In this document: one piece after another, positions 47,264 to 57,781 of the stretch | How positions within the stretch are numbered: the stretch's first letter is position 1 | Layout of the letters: each line of letters starts with the position of its first letter | Source: Candidatus Krumholzibacteriota bacterium | Lineage (GTDB): Bacteria > Krumholzibacteriota > Krumholzibacteriia > LZORAL124-64-63 | Assembly: GCA_039714075.1 (NCBI GenBank) | Contig: JBDLKA010000002.1 | Location: forward strand, 1-64,000 | Length of the DNA: 64,000 nt | Direction: 5' to 3' | Notes under the pieces: model-generated | What the model saw: only the letters and a program-made list of their open reading frames with translations | Databases searched by the model: none | Told to the model about the DNA's origin: nothing | Position numbers and translations under genes: made by a program

Positions 47264-49695
47264 TCAACCTGCTCGAGCGCGTGGCCGCCTGCGGGGATGC
47301 CGGCAACCGGATCCTGGGCCCGCGTGCGGGCGAACTCCTGGAGTGGGACCGGGTCACCGATCAGATCGCCTCCTTCTGCCTGAACCGCCCTGCGTCCGGT
47401 ATCATCCGCTCCCGCGCGCCCTACGCCGCCTTGGAATCCATCACCCTGCAGCATGCCCTGGCCGACGAGCTTCGCCCGGCCGGGGACACCGACCAATGGC
47501 CCCCTCTGGCCGAGGTCGGGTTGGCCCTGGACCTGGTCCGGCAGCCGCCCCCGGTGCGGCTGGAAGGGCCGGATCTGGTCCTGATCGCGGGGGTCGCCGA
47601 GCAGCTTGACCAGTTGCGCTCCTATTTCCTGGCCGACCGAGCCCAATTTGTCCTGTGGGGTGAAGCCGCGGTCCAGATGGCGGATTTCAGCGGCCTGTCC
47701 GGCGCCATCCGCCGGGCCCTGGACCGGGACGGCAGCATCCTGGACGGCGCCAGTCCCCTGCTGAGCCGCCTGCGCCGCTCGGTCGCCGGCCAGGAGCGGG
47801 CGGTGCGGCAGGAAGTCGGGCAGGCCATGAGCCGGGCCCGTTCCCAAGGGTGGACCACCGGCGACGAAGTGACTTTGCGGGGGGATCGCTTCTGCCTGCC
47901 CCTGCGTTCGGGTGACAGCCGCCGGATCGAGGGGATCATCCACGACCGGTCGTCATCGGGGGCCACCCTGTTTGTCGAACCGGCGGGCGTGGTCCGCCTG
48001 GCCAACGATTTGACGGCCACCCGTCTGGAAATCGCGGCCGAGGAGGCCCGCATCATTTTCGAGCTCAACCGGGCGGTCGAACAGGCTTCCGCGGCCCTGG
48101 ACGATGCCTGTGAACTGATGGTCCTGCTGGACACCGTGCGGGCGCCCATGCTGTGGAGCCGGCAGATCCGCGGCCGGCGGCCCGGTCTGTCGGACGCGGG
48201 GGAAATCAGGATCTGCGGGGGGCGCCATCCCCTGCTGATGGAAGCCCTGGGCGAGGGCGACCGCGCCGCGGGCCGGGAACTGGTGGTGCCCCTGGATCTG
48301 GAAATGCCAGCCGGGGCCGGCACCCTGGTCATCTCCGGGCCCAATGCGGGGGGCAAGTCGGTGGCCCTGAAATCGGTGGGGGTGTTTTGCCTGCTGGCCC
48401 AGTGCGGCTGGGATATTCCCGCCCGGGAAGACACCATCCTGCCGGTGATCAGCCGCCTGCTGGTCGATCTGGGCGACGACCAGTCCATCGCCCAGTCGTT
48501 GAGCAGCTTTTCCGCCCATCTTCACCACCTGGGCCGCTTCATGGAGGAAGCCGGACCCGGGACGCTGGTGCTCTGTGATGAAATCGGCAGCGGCACCGAT
48601 CCGCAGGAAGGCACGGCCCTGGCCTTCGCCACCCTGGCCAGGTTGACCGACAGCGGGGCCCTGGTCCTGGCCTCGACCCATTTCGGCCTGCTCAAGGCCG
48701 CGGTCCACGACCACCCCCGCATGGTCAACGCGGCCATGGATTACGACGAACGCGATCTGCGGCCCCTTTTCACCTTCCGCGTGGGCGATCCCGGCACCAG
48801 TCACGCGTTCGATATCGCGGCGCGGATGGGATTCCCGGCCGACCTTCTGGACCAGGCCCGCAGGATGGCCGGTGACGAAAGGGTCCAGATCGAAAATCTG
48901 CTCGCCGACCTGGATCGCCGGGCACGCGAATTGACCACGGCCCAGAAGGAAGTGCTCAAGGAAACCGAACGGGCCCAGGTGCTGGGCCGGGAACTGGACG
49001 AGCGACTGCGCGGTGTGCGAAAGGAGCGCCGGGAACTGCTGGCCAAGGCCACCCGGGAGGCCGAGGATCTGGTACGGGACGGGCGCCGGGCCATCGAAGA
49101 GGCGGTGCGCCGGATCAAGTCCTCCGGCGCCGACAGGACGGTGGTCAAGGCGGCGCGGGCTCAGCTGGAAAAGCTGGGCCGGCGGCTGGCCGCGGACCAG
49201 GAGGAAACCCCCGCTCCGGTTCGGGTCGAGCCGGGGCAGCGGGTGCGGATCCCCAATCTCGGCCTGATCGGCACGGTGGTCGAGGTGAGGGGGGACCGGA
49301 TCCTGGCCACGGCCGACGGTCTGCGGTTGACGCTCGGTCCGGAAGCCGTACGGCCCCTGGATGATGGCGCTGGTGGCACAGGTCCCTCTGTTGAAACAAC
49401 TTCGGCGGATCAGGCGGGTTCCTGGGCCTGGCATGGTGATGTGTCGGGGGCGGACCCTGAAATCGACCTGCGCGGGGTGACCGGCGAAGAGGGCTGGGAG
49501 CGTCTGGACAAGCTCATCGACCGGGCCATTCCCGCCGGACTGGAAGTCATCAACGTGATTCACGGGTTCGGGACGGGCCGGTTGCGGGATCATCTCCACG
49601 ACTGCCTGAAAAAGGATCCGCGGGTGGCCTCGTTCCGCGAAGCGGGGCCCGGGCAGGGAGGCGGTGGCGCGACCCGCGTGACCCTGGCTGGATGA
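47260..49695 (+). CDS. mutS2: Endonuclease MutS2
   Basis: HDRSSSGATLFVEP, GPNAGGKS, QSLSSFSAH, DEIGSGTDP.EG, C-terminal Smr (IDLRG..IHGFGTG..GGGGAT). Confidence 0.92.
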   Translation: MINLLERVAACGDAGNRILGPRAGELLEWDRVTDQIASFCLNRPASGIIRSRAPYAALESITLQHALADELRPAGDTDQWPPLAEVGLALDLVRQPPPVRLEGPDLVLIAGVAEQLDQLRSYFLADRAQFVLWGEAAVQMADFSGLSGAIRRALDRDGSILDGASPLLSRLRRSVAGQERAVRQEVGQAMSRARSQGWTTGDEVTLRGDRFCLPLRSGDSRRIEGIIHDRSSSGATLFVEPAGVVRLANDLTATRLEIAAEEARIIFELNRAVEQASAALDDACELMVLLDTVRAPMLWSRQIRGRRPGLSDAGEIRICGGRHPLLMEALGEGDRAAGRELVVPLDLEMPAGAGTLVISGPNAGGKSVALKSVGVFCLLAQCGWDIPAREDTILPVISRLLVDLGDDQSIAQSLSSFSAHLHHLGRFMEEAGPGTLVLCDEIGSGTDPQEGTALAFATLARLTDSGALVLASTHFGLLKAAVHDHPRMVNAAMDYDERDLRPLFTFRVGDPGTSHAFDIAARMGFPADLLDQARRMAGDERVQIENLLADLDRRARELTTAQKEVLKETERAQVLGRELDERLRGVRKERRELLAKATREAEDLVRDGRRAIEEAVRRIKSSGADRTVVKAARAQLEKLGRRLAADQEETPAPVRVEPGQRVRIPNLGLIGTVVEVRGDRILATADGLRLTLGPEAVRPLDDGAGGTGPSVETTSADQAGSWAWHGDVSGADPEIDLRGVTGEEGWERLDKLIDRAIPAGLEVINVIHGFGTGRLRDHLHDCLKKDPRVASFREAGPGQGGGGATRVTLAG

Positions 49696-49843
49696 CCTTA
49701 TTCCCGCCCGTAAAAATCATCTCCCGGGAAAGTTGCCGATTCGGGGTGTTTGAACATATCTTAACAAGTTCCCGATGTCACCGTGTCCACGCCGTCTCGC
49801 CCACGGGGGAACCGATGCAGCAAGGTCTGGGGCTTAATACATA

Positions 49844-51676
49844 ATGGCACCCGTTTTTTCGCCCGACATCATCGCCCGGGTCAAGGATGAGACCGACATC
49901 GTCGAGGTGGTGCGGCAGCACGTCAGCCTCAAGCCCGCCGGTTCCGTCTACAAGGGGTTGTGCCCCTTTCACCGGGAAAAAACCCCCAGCTTCATCGTCA
50001 CTCCCGCGCGCCAGCGGTACCACTGTTTCGGCTGCGCCACCGGCGGGGACGTCATCTCCTTTACCATGGAAGTCGAAGGCGTGACTTTTCCGGAGGCCGT
50101 GGAGATTCTCGCCCGGCCCCTGGACATCGACCTTTCCGCCTGGCTGAAGGATGACGATTCCGAGGGGGAAAGAAGGGCCTTCCACCGGGCCAACGAGGTG
50201 GCCATGACGCTGTGGCGGGACGCTTTCTGGGATCCGCAGCTGGGCAAAGGCGCCTTGACCTATCTCCAGGACCGCGGTTTCAAGGACAAGGCTCTGCGGG
50301 ATTTCGACGTCGGCTGGGCTCCGGGGGGATCGGATTGGCTGGCGGCCGGATTGAAAAACGGGGGCGTGGATGCGGACCTGGCCCGGCAGGCGGACCTGAT
50401 GCGTCCCAGTGACCGCGGCGGGGCTCCATTTGCCTATTTCCGCAGCCGGATTATATTTCCCATCAAGAACATTTCGCGGCAGGTGGCTGGTTTCGGCGGC
50501 AGGGTGATCGACCAGGGTGAACCGAAATACCTGAATTCCTCTGACAGTTCCTATTTCACCAAAGGAAAGCTTCTTTACGGTTTCGAAGCTTCCCGTATGG
50601 CGATCGCCCGTGAAAAATCCGCCATCCTCGTGGAAGGCTACCTGGACCTGTTGGCGCTGGCCCAGGTGGGTATCGTCAACGTGGTGGCCACCTGCGGCAC
50701 CGCCTTCACCCCGGATCAGGCCCGGTTGATCCGGCGCGGAGCCAAAAACGTGGTTCTGCTTTTTGACGGCGACAAGGCGGGTTTGAAGGCGGCCGTGCGG
50801 TCGGCGGACATCGCGCTACAGATCGGTCTGGAGCCCAAGATCGTCAGTTTGCCCGGTGGCAAGGATCCTGCCGACGTCGTCATCGGTGACGGACCCGACG
50901 CCATGCACGAGGCCCTCAAAAGCGGCACCGGTTACATCCCTTTTCTCAAGGGGTTGGCCGATGCCCGGGGTGGCGATCGGGAAGTGCGCGAAAGGGCCCT
51001 GCGCCAGGCGTTGGGAACGATTGCCCGCATTGAAGACGCCCTGCGCCGGGAGTACGTGCTGCAGGAAGCGGCCGAGACCTTCGGGCTGAAGGTCGGTCTG
51101 CTGCGCGAAGCGGTGGAAAAAGAAGCGGCCGCCGCGCGGCCCCGGTACAAATCGAATAGAGGACCCGGCCCCGGGGGTACTGCCCCTGTGTCGAGCCGGG
51201 ATGATGATAGTGACCAGGCCGGGAGTGGACCCGGCTCCGACGAGGTGACCGCAAACGTCAAGCGCCGCACCGGACCTCAGGTCAGGCGCTCTTTGGCCAC
51301 AGTCAACGCGGAACCCATCGAAGCCGACATGCTCTCACATATCCTGATGGACGACTCGGGTGAGGCCGCCCGGGTTTTTCTGGCTGAACGCGGCGACCTG
51401 GAACTCAGCCGGCCCGAAGCCCGTTTCCTGGTGGACGAACTGTCCGCCTGGGGCGCGGACCGGAATGCGGGTCGCTCGCCGCGGGACTTTGTCCTGGACC
51501 GGTGGAACTCCTCCGGCGACAAGGTGTACCGTGACTTCGTCAGCCAGCTGATCAACAAGGAGGACCGCCCGGACAGCACCGATTTCATCAAGGTCATCAG
51601 GGATTGTCTCGGCACGCTCAGGCGGAATCTGAAGCTGGCCGAGGCCCGACGGGGTTCAGTGCACACGGGGGAATAA
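49844..51676 (+). CDS. dnaG: DNA primase
   Basis: [44 protein letters not shown]. Confidence 0.97.
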   Translation: MAPVFSPDIIARVKDETDIVEVVRQHVSLKPAGSVYKGLCPFHREKTPSFIVTPARQRYHCFGCATGGDVISFTMEVEGVTFPEAVEILARPLDIDLSAWLKDDDSEGERRAFHRANEVAMTLWRDAFWDPQLGKGALTYLQDRGFKDKALRDFDVGWAPGGSDWLAAGLKNGGVDADLARQADLMRPSDRGGAPFAYFRSRIIFPIKNISRQVAGFGGRVIDQGEPKYLNSSDSSYFTKGKLLYGFEASRMAIAREKSAILVEGYLDLLALAQVGIVNVVATCGTAFTPDQARLIRRGAKNVVLLFDGDKAGLKAAVRSADIALQIGLEPKIVSLPGGKDPADVVIGDGPDAMHEALKSGTGYIPFLKGLADARGGDREVRERALRQALGTIARIEDALRREYVLQEAAETFGLKVGLLREAVEKEAAAARPRYKSNRGPGPGGTAPVSSRDDDSDQAGSGPGSDEVTANVKRRTGPQVRRSLATVNAEPIEADMLSHILMDDSGEAARVFLAERGDLELSRPEARFLVDELSAWGADRNAGRSPRDFVLDRWNSSGDKVYRDFVSQLINKEDRPDSTDFIKVIRDCLGTLRRNLKLAEARRGSVHTGE

Positions 51677-51683
51677 GGTTCAT

Positions 51684-53405
51684 ATGGGTACCAAGAAATT
51701 CAATGCGATCATCAGCAAGATTCGCAAGGAGGCGACCGCCAAGGGCGGTTACATCCTGCATGGTCAGATCAACGACATGCTCGGCAGCGAATTCGACATG
51801 GACAAGATCGAACGGATCTACGAGAAGCTCGGCGAGCTTCAGATCGACTATTACGACTCCGAGGCCGAGGCCAAGGAGAAGATGTCCCGGCGCAAGAAGA
51901 AGGAAAAGAAGAAGATCGCCGCCGCTCGCAAGGTTTCGCGGACCAACGTCAAGTACGACGACCCGGTCCGCATGTACCTGCGGGAAATGGGTCGGGTGCC
52001 CCTGCTGACCAGGCAGGGCGAGGTCAACCTGGCGCGCCGCATGGAAGACGGGCGCATCGCCATCATCGAAGCCACGCTTCGCTCCCGCCACGCCCTGGGC
52101 GAACTGCGCCAGACCGCCAGCCAGATGCTGGCCGAAGCCATCCATGTCGACGAGGTTATCCAGCACGACACCAGCACCTGGAACGTGCACCTTTCGGCGA
52201 AGAAGGAAGCCAAGCGGATCCTGCGGGCCCTGGACAGGATCGAAACCTGGCAGAAGGAGATGGGGGAGGAGAAAGTCGAGCTGGAGACCTGCACCAACGC
52301 CAACCGCTCGGCCACCCTGACCCGCATGATCCAGACCCGGGAGAAGAAGATCCTCGAATGCTTCATGGATCTTCACCTCGCCCCGGCCCAGGTGGAACAG
52401 CTGGCGAACAAGCTCATCCTCGTCCACTCCAAGGTGTGCGACCTGCAGGCCAGGGTCTCGCTGGCCGAAGAGGATGTCGGCGTTCCTTTCGTGGACATGA
52501 GCTCGGCCCTGAAGAGTAAAAGCATCAAGAAGGGCCGGAAGGAAAACATCCAGGAAGCCTATCAGGTCATCCGCAGCATGCGGAAAAGGGTGCAGGACAT
52601 CGAGCGGGAAATCGGTCTGACCAGCGACCGTCTCAGCCTGATCGGCAACGAGATCGTGATGGGCAAACAGCAGGTGGACACCGCCCAGCGCGAGATGATC
52701 GAGGCCAACGTGCGGCTGGTGATCAGCATCGCCAAGCGGTACACCAACCGCGGCCTGGAATTCCTGGACCTGATCCAGGAGGGTAACAGCGGCCTGATGC
52801 GCGCGGTCGAGAAGTTCGACTACCGCAAGGGCTACAAGTTCTCGACCTACGCCACCTGGTGGATCCGGCAGGCCATCACCCGAGCCATCGCCGACCAGGC
52901 GCGCACCATCCGCGTGCCCGTGCACATGATCGAGGCCATCAACAAGGTGAACCGGGCCAACCGGCAGCTGCTGCAGGAACTGGGCCGGGATCCCAAGCCC
53001 GAGGAAGTGGCGACCTTCCTGGAGATGCCCCTGGAAAAAGTGCAGGGTGTGCTGCAGGCGTCCATGGAACCGGTCAGCCTGGACCGGCCGATCGGGGAGG
53101 ACGAGGACAGCAACCTGAGCGACTTCATCGAGGACGACAGCGCGCCCTCGCCGGCGCGGATGGCGGCCCACAGCATGCTCAAGGACCAGATGCAGCGGGT
53201 GCTCAGCACCCTGACCCGCCGCGAGGAAAAGGTCATCCGCCTGCGGTTCGGCCTGGGCGACGGGACCCCGCGGACCCTGGAGGAGGTCGGCACCATCTTC
53301 AAGGTGACGCGTGAAAGGGTCAGGCAGATCGAGGCCAAGGCCCTGCGCAAGCTGCGCCACCCCAGCCGGAGCCGTAAGCTCAAGGGTTATGGGGAAATGG
53401 TTTGA
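51684..53405 (+). CDS. rpoD: RNA polymerase primary sigma factor
   Basis: [62 protein letters not shown]. Confidence 0.98.
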   Translation: MGTKKFNAIISKIRKEATAKGGYILHGQINDMLGSEFDMDKIERIYEKLGELQIDYYDSEAEAKEKMSRRKKKEKKKIAAARKVSRTNVKYDDPVRMYLREMGRVPLLTRQGEVNLARRMEDGRIAIIEATLRSRHALGELRQTASQMLAEAIHVDEVIQHDTSTWNVHLSAKKEAKRILRALDRIETWQKEMGEEKVELETCTNANRSATLTRMIQTREKKILECFMDLHLAPAQVEQLANKLILVHSKVCDLQARVSLAEEDVGVPFVDMSSALKSKSIKKGRKENIQEAYQVIRSMRKRVQDIEREIGLTSDRLSLIGNEIVMGKQQVDTAQREMIEANVRLVISIAKRYTNRGLEFLDLIQEGNSGLMRAVEKFDYRKGYKFSTYATWWIRQAITRAIADQARTIRVPVHMIEAINKVNRANRQLLQELGRDPKPEEVATFLEMPLEKVQGVLQASMEPVSLDRPIGEDEDSNLSDFIEDDSAPSPARMAAHSMLKDQMQRVLSTLTRREEKVIRLRFGLGDGTPRTLEEVGTIFKVTRERVRQIEAKALRKLRHPSRSRKLKGYGEMV

Positions 53406-53461
53406 CCCGAATTGAAGGATCCATTATCTTGCCGGTCCCGGTCCTGGGGTAGGCGGTATTT

Positions 53462-53538
53462 GGGCCCATAGCTCAGTTGGTTAGAGCAACCGGCTCATAA
53501 CCGGTCGGTCCCTGGTTCAAGTCCAGGTGGGCCCACCA
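53462..53538 (+). tRNA. tRNA with CAT anticodon, probably tRNA-Ile2 (lysidine)
   Basis: Acceptor GGGCCCA/TGGGCCC, ACCGG-CTCATAA-CCGGT; no fMet features; located after rpoD as Ile2 often is. Confidence 0.85.
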
Positions 53539-53599
53539 AGAACCGTTGGGTCAGGTTCGATGGCCCCGGGCCGAGGGCCACGCGGTCAAGAAAACGGAT

Positions 53600-53676
53600 G
53601 GGCGATTAGCTCAGCTGGCTAGAGCGCTCGCCTCACACGCGAGAGGTCACTGGTTCAAGTCCAGTATCGCCCACCA
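53600..53676 (+). tRNA. tRNA-Val(CAC)
   Basis: Acceptor GGGCGAT/ATCGCCC, CTCGC-CTCACAC-GCGAG, TTCAAGT, CCA. Confidence 0.96.
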
Positions 53677-53858
53677 CCCGTTTTTTCACTCCCGCCGGCG
53701 GGGGACCCCGGAATTGTGGAGACAGGCAAAAGGCGGGCAGGGTGCATCGGCACCTTTTTTTTTGTCCGTTTCAGCCCGGGTGCGCGCCGGCCGGGGAATT
53801 CTGTGCATGACTTGGCGCCCGTTGATGTTAGAATCACGGGGTACCGGGGAGGTTCTCT

Positions 53859-54572
53859 TTGGATCCGATGGTCATGCTCAATCTCATGGTGGAACTGGCC
53901 GGGCTCGAGGAAGAGTTGGCCGCCGCCAGGGCCACGATCGCCCATCACGGACGGCGTGACCGGCATTTGCGCTCCCTGCAGGATGAATACGTGGCCGATG
54001 CGGAAAACGCCGCGGCCGCCGAGAAGGGAGCCGAGGTCGATCTGCGCCGCACCGAGGGCCGGATTCGGGATGTCGAGTCCGCTCTGGCCCGGAAGCGGGC
54101 CCAGGTCGGGGCCGTGGGCGACCCCCGCCAGTACCGGGCCCTGCAGGACGAAATCGGAAACCTGGAAGCGGAACTGGACCGGTTGGAAACTTCCGGGCTC
54201 GAACTATTGGACGATGTCCGGCGCAAGGATACCGCCGCCGGGGAAGCCCGCCGGGATCGTGACGCCCAGGAATCGCGCGGCACCGAGGAACTGGATCAGA
54301 TGCGGCGCGAGATGGAGATGGCCCGGGCCGCCGAAGAGGAAATCGTCCAGGAGATCGACCGTCTGACCGGACTCTTGCCCGACGTCGAGAGCCGCCACGT
54401 CAAGCGGCTGATGGCCAACCTGCCCCAGGCGGTGGTTCGTGTCCAGTCGGGGGCCTGCGGAGGTTGCTTCAGCCAGTTGCCGGCCCAGCAGGCCATCGAC
54501 GCCGAACAGGGCAAGGCGCTGGTTCGTTGCGGCTCCTGTTCCCGTTACGTGGTTCGCAAATCCTGGAAATAA
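53859..54572 (+). CDS. C4 zinc-ribbon coiled-coil protein (DUF164-like)
   Basis: TTG start with GGAGG; long coiled coil then CGGC...CGSCSR. Confidence 0.85.
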   Translation: MDPMVMLNLMVELAGLEEELAAARATIAHHGRRDRHLRSLQDEYVADAENAAAAEKGAEVDLRRTEGRIRDVESALARKRAQVGAVGDPRQYRALQDEIGNLEAELDRLETSGLELLDDVRRKDTAAGEARRDRDAQESRGTEELDQMRREMEMARAAEEEIVQEIDRLTGLLPDVESRHVKRLMANLPQAVVRVQSGACGGCFSQLPAQQAIDAEQGKALVRCGSCSRYVVRKSWK

Positions 54573-54613
54573 AACCGTGTTCGATGACCGGAAACCGAAG
54601 GAATGACACCCCG

Positions 54614-55315
54614 ATGGCCACTCGCAAACCGGAAACACTGACCGAACTTTTGAAAACCCTCGAACGCAGCGGCGACCTGCGCTCGTTGGCGCGCGAATGC
54701 GGCCTTTCGGTACGGGAGCTGAGACGTCGTCTGTCGATCTGGCGGCGGGAACTCAACGACACCGAGGAGATCGTCGCGGCAGCCGGGAATGCGGGGGAGG
54801 ATGTCGGGAAAGCCCGGGCTCCCAAGGGCTTGGGACGGAAAAAGGCCGGTGCCGATGAATGGCCCGAGCTGCCGGCCGCGGGTGATCTGGCCCAGAGTCC
54901 CCTGCCGAAGCGGGGGCGGCCGGTCCTGGAAATCTTCACCGACGGAGCCAGCCGGGGCAACCCGGGCCCGGCGTCCATCGGGGTCGTCTTCAAACTGAAG
55001 GACGGGGTGGAGATCGCCGAGCACTGCGAGGCCATCGGGCGGGCCACCAACAACGTGGCCGAATACCGGGCCGTGGTCGCCGCCCTGGAACATTGCCTGC
55101 GCTGGAAGGTGAAAAGGGTCCATCTGAACATGGACAGCGAACTCATTGCCCGCCAGCTGCACGGCACCTACCGGGTGAAAAGCCCGGATCTGCGTCCCCT
55201 CTATCAGCAAGTCGTGTTCCTGAGCAAGGGGCTGGAGGAATTCCAGGTCAAGCACATCAAGCGGGGCAAGAACACCCACGCCGACGCCGTGGCCAACAGG
55301 GCGCTGGACCAGTGA
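54614..55315 (+). CDS. rnhA: Ribonuclease HI family protein with N-terminal HTH-like extension
   Basis: FTDGASRGNPGPA, TNNVAEY.A, MDSELI, N.HADAVAN.ALD; start uncertain (54584 or 54614). Confidence 0.85.
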   Translation: MATRKPETLTELLKTLERSGDLRSLARECGLSVRELRRRLSIWRRELNDTEEIVAAAGNAGEDVGKARAPKGLGRKKAGADEWPELPAAGDLAQSPLPKRGRPVLEIFTDGASRGNPGPASIGVVFKLKDGVEIAEHCEAIGRATNNVAEYRAVVAALEHCLRWKVKRVHLNMDSELIARQLHGTYRVKSPDLRPLYQQVVFLSKGLEEFQVKHIKRGKNTHADAVANRALDQ

Positions 55316-55421
55316 GATGACGCGGCCGGGCCGCCCGCCTTGGCCCGGAACAGGATAGGGACCTGGTAACCCGCACGAAATCCTGTGACAAGGACCTTGA
55401 ATCAGTCTATCATGGCAGGGT

Positions 55422-55819
55422 GAGAAGTCGGGGAGGCAGTCGCGTACCTCCCAAATCCATGATTCGGGAGGTCCGAGGAAAGTCCGAGCTCCACAGGGCA
55501 GGGTGCTGGCTAACGGCCAGGGGGAGTGATCCCACGGAAAGTGCCACAGAAAATATACCGCCGTGGGCCGGATCCGTCCGGAGCGCGGTAAGGGTGAAAT
55601 GGTGAGGTAAGAGCTCACCGCGCTTCTGGTGACAGAAGCGGCACGGTAAACCCCACCTGGAGCAAGACCAAATAGCGGAGGATGAGGCGGCCCGCCTCGC
55701 CATACTCCCGGGTAGGTCGCTCGAGGCCGTCGGTAACGACGGTCCCAGATACATGACTGTCGCCGCTTCTTTCCCCGGAAAGGGGTTGGCAACAGGACTC
55801 GGCTTATGACCGGCTTCTC
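55422..55819 (+). ncRNA. rnpB: RNase P RNA (type A)
   Basis: GAGGAAAGTCCGAGCTCC, GAAAGTGCCACAGAAA, GGTAAACCCC..GAGCAA, AACAGGACTCGGCTTAT; P1 GAGAAGTCGG/CCGGCTTCTC. Confidence 0.97.
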
Positions 55820-55903
55820 ACGTCAAACCGCAGAATTCGGACTTTTACCGGAAGGTCGCTTCGGCCCCGGTATGTCCGGACCGCCGATGGTTACGCGGAA
55901 GGC

Positions 55904-57781
55904 GTGAATTTTTTGAACCAACCACCCGACAGTTCCCGCCCCTCCGGCATCCTTTCCGGACGGCCCTGGAGTTCGAATTCCACCGTATCCGACGACATCG
56001 TGACCAGGATTCGGCGCGAGGTTCCGCTGGATTTTCAGGTTTCGGATTGCCTGTTGCAGGTTCTGGCCGGACGGGGTGTCACGGAAAACCACGATCTGGA
56101 ACGTTTTTTCTATCCTTCCCTGGACCACCTCCACGACCCCTTCCTGTTGCTGGAAATGGACCGTGCCGTCGAGCGCATGTTCACCGCGGCGCGCGATGGC
56201 GAGAGGGTGGCCGTCCACGGGGATTTCGACGTGGACGGAATCACCGGCAGCGCCCTTTTGTATGAGACCATTTCCGCACTGTCGGTGGACGGATCCCGGG
56301 TCCAGCCCGAAGACGCCTTCATTCCCGACCGCGCCACCGACGGATACGGCGTGGCCAGCCGCATGGTGCGAGAGTGGGCGGGCCGTGGCGTCACCCTGCT
56401 GATCACCGTTGATACCGGAACCGCCGCGGTGGAGGAAATCTCGCTGGCCCGGGACCTGGGGATGGACGTCATCGTCCTGGACCACCACATCTTCGAAACA
56501 CGTCCGCCGGCCACGGCCCTGGTCAATCCACGCCGGGAAGGGGCGACCTATCCCAACGATGAGCTTTGCGGGGTGGCGGTCGCCTTCAAATTTGCCCAGG
56601 CGCTCAAGCTGAAGGATCCGGCCTGCCTGCCCGACGGTTTGCTGGGCAGCGTCCTGGACCTGGTGGCATTGGGACTGGTTGCCGATCAGATGGCGCTGGT
56701 CGGGGAAAACAGGATCCTGGTCAAGAAGGGCCTGGAAAAATTCAACGACCGCGCCAACATCCGGCCGGGGCTGGCGGCGCTGCTGGCGGTCAGCGGCCTG
56801 GACCGCGGTTTCCCCGTGACCACCGGCGATTTCGCCTACCAGCTGGCCCCGCGGATCAACGCCTGCGGGCGTATCGGACGGGTCATGTCGGCCCTGGAGC
56901 TTCTGCTGACCCGGGACCCGGCGACCGCCCGTACCCTGGCCGAAGAGGCGGACCGGACGAACACCCGGCGCAAGGAACAGGATCTCCTGCTGAAGGAGGA
57001 GGCCATCGACATGGCCCTGCCGTTCGTGCGCCGCGGCGACCCCGGCCTCGTCCTGGCGTCCTCTTCCTGGCACAAGGGCATCATCGGCATCGGCGCCGCC
57101 CGGCTGGTGGAGCAATACCAGTTGCCCGTGATCCTGATCGCCGAAGAGGGCGGCGAAGCCCGTGGTTCGGCGCGCAGCGTGCCCAACGTGGACGTGAAGT
57201 CGGTACTGGACCGCTGTTCCGAACATCTGGTACGCCACGGGGGGCATGCCCAGGCCGCGGGCATGACTCTGCGGTCCCGGGACATCGATGTCTTTCGCGC
57301 GGCCTTCATCGAACAACTCCTGGCCGAACCGCATTCCGGCCCCCTGCCGGAGGGATACGACCTGGACCTGTGCCTGGACGGCATGGGCTCGAAGGAAGTT
57401 GCACGGCTGGTGGGCGAGTTGGAGCATCTGGAGCCCTTCGGGTCCGGCAACCGCAAACCCATCTTCCTGTGCGAGGGACTGCAGCTGCAGAAACCGCCCA
57501 TGTATCTCAGCGGGGGAGCCCACCTGCGCTTCGCTTTCCGCGGCCCCGCCCGCGGGAACGGCAACGACACGCCGGCCCTGAGCCGCGAATTCGTTTCCTT
57601 CGGCAGCGGCGACGCCTGGCGCCGAATGGTGGCCGAGAACAAAATGCAGGCCCGGGATCTGCTGGACCGCCGTTGGGACATCCTGTTCCAGATCGGCCGC
57701 AGCACCTTCCGGCCCCGCAACGGCAACTATGACCCCGTGCAGCAGCTCCTGGTGGATATCCGGCCGGCGGTGAAGCAATGA
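55904..57781 (+). CDS. recJ: ssDNA-specific exonuclease RecJ
   Basis: GDFDVDG, TVDTG, LDHH, ALGLVAD, PRINACGR, RGSARS, GGHAQAAG, LEPFG.GN. Confidence 0.95.
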   Translation: MNFLNQPPDSSRPSGILSGRPWSSNSTVSDDIVTRIRREVPLDFQVSDCLLQVLAGRGVTENHDLERFFYPSLDHLHDPFLLLEMDRAVERMFTAARDGERVAVHGDFDVDGITGSALLYETISALSVDGSRVQPEDAFIPDRATDGYGVASRMVREWAGRGVTLLITVDTGTAAVEEISLARDLGMDVIVLDHHIFETRPPATALVNPRREGATYPNDELCGVAVAFKFAQALKLKDPACLPDGLLGSVLDLVALGLVADQMALVGENRILVKKGLEKFNDRANIRPGLAALLAVSGLDRGFPVTTGDFAYQLAPRINACGRIGRVMSALELLLTRDPATARTLAEEADRTNTRRKEQDLLLKEEAIDMALPFVRRGDPGLVLASSSWHKGIIGIGAARLVEQYQLPVILIAEEGGEARGSARSVPNVDVKSVLDRCSEHLVRHGGHAQAAGMTLRSRDIDVFRAAFIEQLLAEPHSGPLPEGYDLDLCLDGMGSKEVARLVGELEHLEPFGSGNRKPIFLCEGLQLQKPPMYLSGGAHLRFAFRGPARGNGNDTPALSREFVSFGSGDAWRRMVAENKMQARDLLDRRWDILFQIGRSTFRPRNGNYDPVQQLLVDIRPAVKQ

